DNA from: Asterias rubens
Lineage: Eukaryota
Reading direction: 5' to 3'
Assembly (NCBI RefSeq): GCF_902459465.1
Contig: NC_047071.1
Span: 16,926,001 to 16,990,000, forward strand
DNA: 64,000 nucleotides
In this document: positions 63,230-64,000 of the stretch, one piece after another
Layout of the letters: each line of letters begins with the position of its first letter
Numbering within the stretch: the stretch's first letter is position 1
Program-made: the position numbers and the translations under genes
Notes under the pieces: generated by a model
What the model was told of the DNA's origin: nothing
Databases searched by the model: none
What the model saw: only the letters and a program-made list of their open reading frames with translations

Positions 63230-63870
63230 ACATTCTGCAGCTGATATGTTAAAGACATTCTGCAGAATAAGATCTTCTGCAGCTGATATGTAAAAGACAT
63301 TCCGCAGAATCAGAGAAAACAATGCGGCTGATATGTCAGGGATACTCTGTAGAATCATAACCGACACTAAAAGACAGATGGCGTCAGTGACATTCTGTAG
63401 CCTTACACATGTAATGCAGCAGTTCTGCAGACCTGAATGATACAATGCAGGGATCACACATCAGTCGTATTCTGCAGCCTGCCTCTCATATGAAACTACA
63501 TAGCTGATGGTGATGGTGTACTTCCGCAGACCTCTGTATGATGCAGAGCAGCTGACAATACATCACTGATATTCTGCTGCCTCACATGTGAAATGGTGTT
63601 GCCATCATTCTGCAATCCAGTGTATGATTCAATGCAGCTGGTAACTTAGGTCAGTGTATTCTGCAGCCTCAAATACTATAGAATGCAGATGATCATACAC
63701 AAATGACAATCTGGGGCTTCATGTATTATACAATGAAGCTGATACAATGATAGTGTATTATGCAGCCTCATGGTATGATGCAGATGATTGCACATCAACT
63801 AAATTCTGCAGCCTCATATATAAAGCAATGCAGATTCTAACATATCAGTGAAATTTCGTAGCCTCATTTC
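63230..63870. repeat. Degenerate tandem repeat (about 40-50-bp period, core TTCTGCAGCCTCA...ATGCAGCTGA)
   Basis: Recurring TTCTGCAG and ATGCAG motifs at roughly regular spacing; units are strongly diverged. Confidence 0.65.
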
Positions 63871-64000
63871 CATATGTATTAATTGTGTACTGTGGCCGTT
63901 GTGTTTTGGTCTCCCTAAGCATTCTGTAGACTTATTCTGTAGCATCATACATTTCCACAGGTATTTAGTGTGTACTGTGGCCCGTTGTGTTTTGGTCTCC

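Overview
Eukaryotic, AT-rich, intron-rich genomic DNA from an invertebrate animal. The repeat landscape and gene sequences suggest an echinoderm such as a sea star, but this is an inference. Seven protein-coding genes can be assembled by hand from splice signals and reading-frame phase: (1) a 5'-truncated multi-exon gene ending in an atypical non-RD protein kinase domain (+, 67-4366); (2) an intronless class A peptide-type GPCR with degenerate activation motifs (-, 6191-7354); (3) HACD3/PTPLAD1 (-, 11 exons, 10666-18095); (4) a THEM4-like hotdog acyl-CoA thioesterase (+, 18322-20698), head-to-head with HACD3; (5) an alpha-arrestin (ARRDC-like) gene with a GC-AG intron (+, 25794-32918); (6) EEF2 (-, 14 exons, 36166-48763); (7) MPHOSPH10/MPP10 (+, 10 exons, 51385-58415). 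Introns and intergenic DNA are filled with non-autonomous DNA transposons (TTAA-flanked Kolobok-like, hAT-like with 8-bp TSDs, Harbinger-like), tRNA-derived SINEs, L2-type LINE 3' ends and minisatellites. The most notable observations are: a minimal Penelope-type hammerhead ribozyme in sense orientation in EEF2 intron 2; an intact GPCR ORF whose DRY motif reads DEC; a MITE rearrangement that looks like re-integration of an excised circle; a 97-bp duplication flanking a LINE tail; and a MITE family whose TIRs carry CTCF-like motifs. No CRISPR array, rRNA gene or genuine tRNA gene was found. All calls are by eye; no database search was run.
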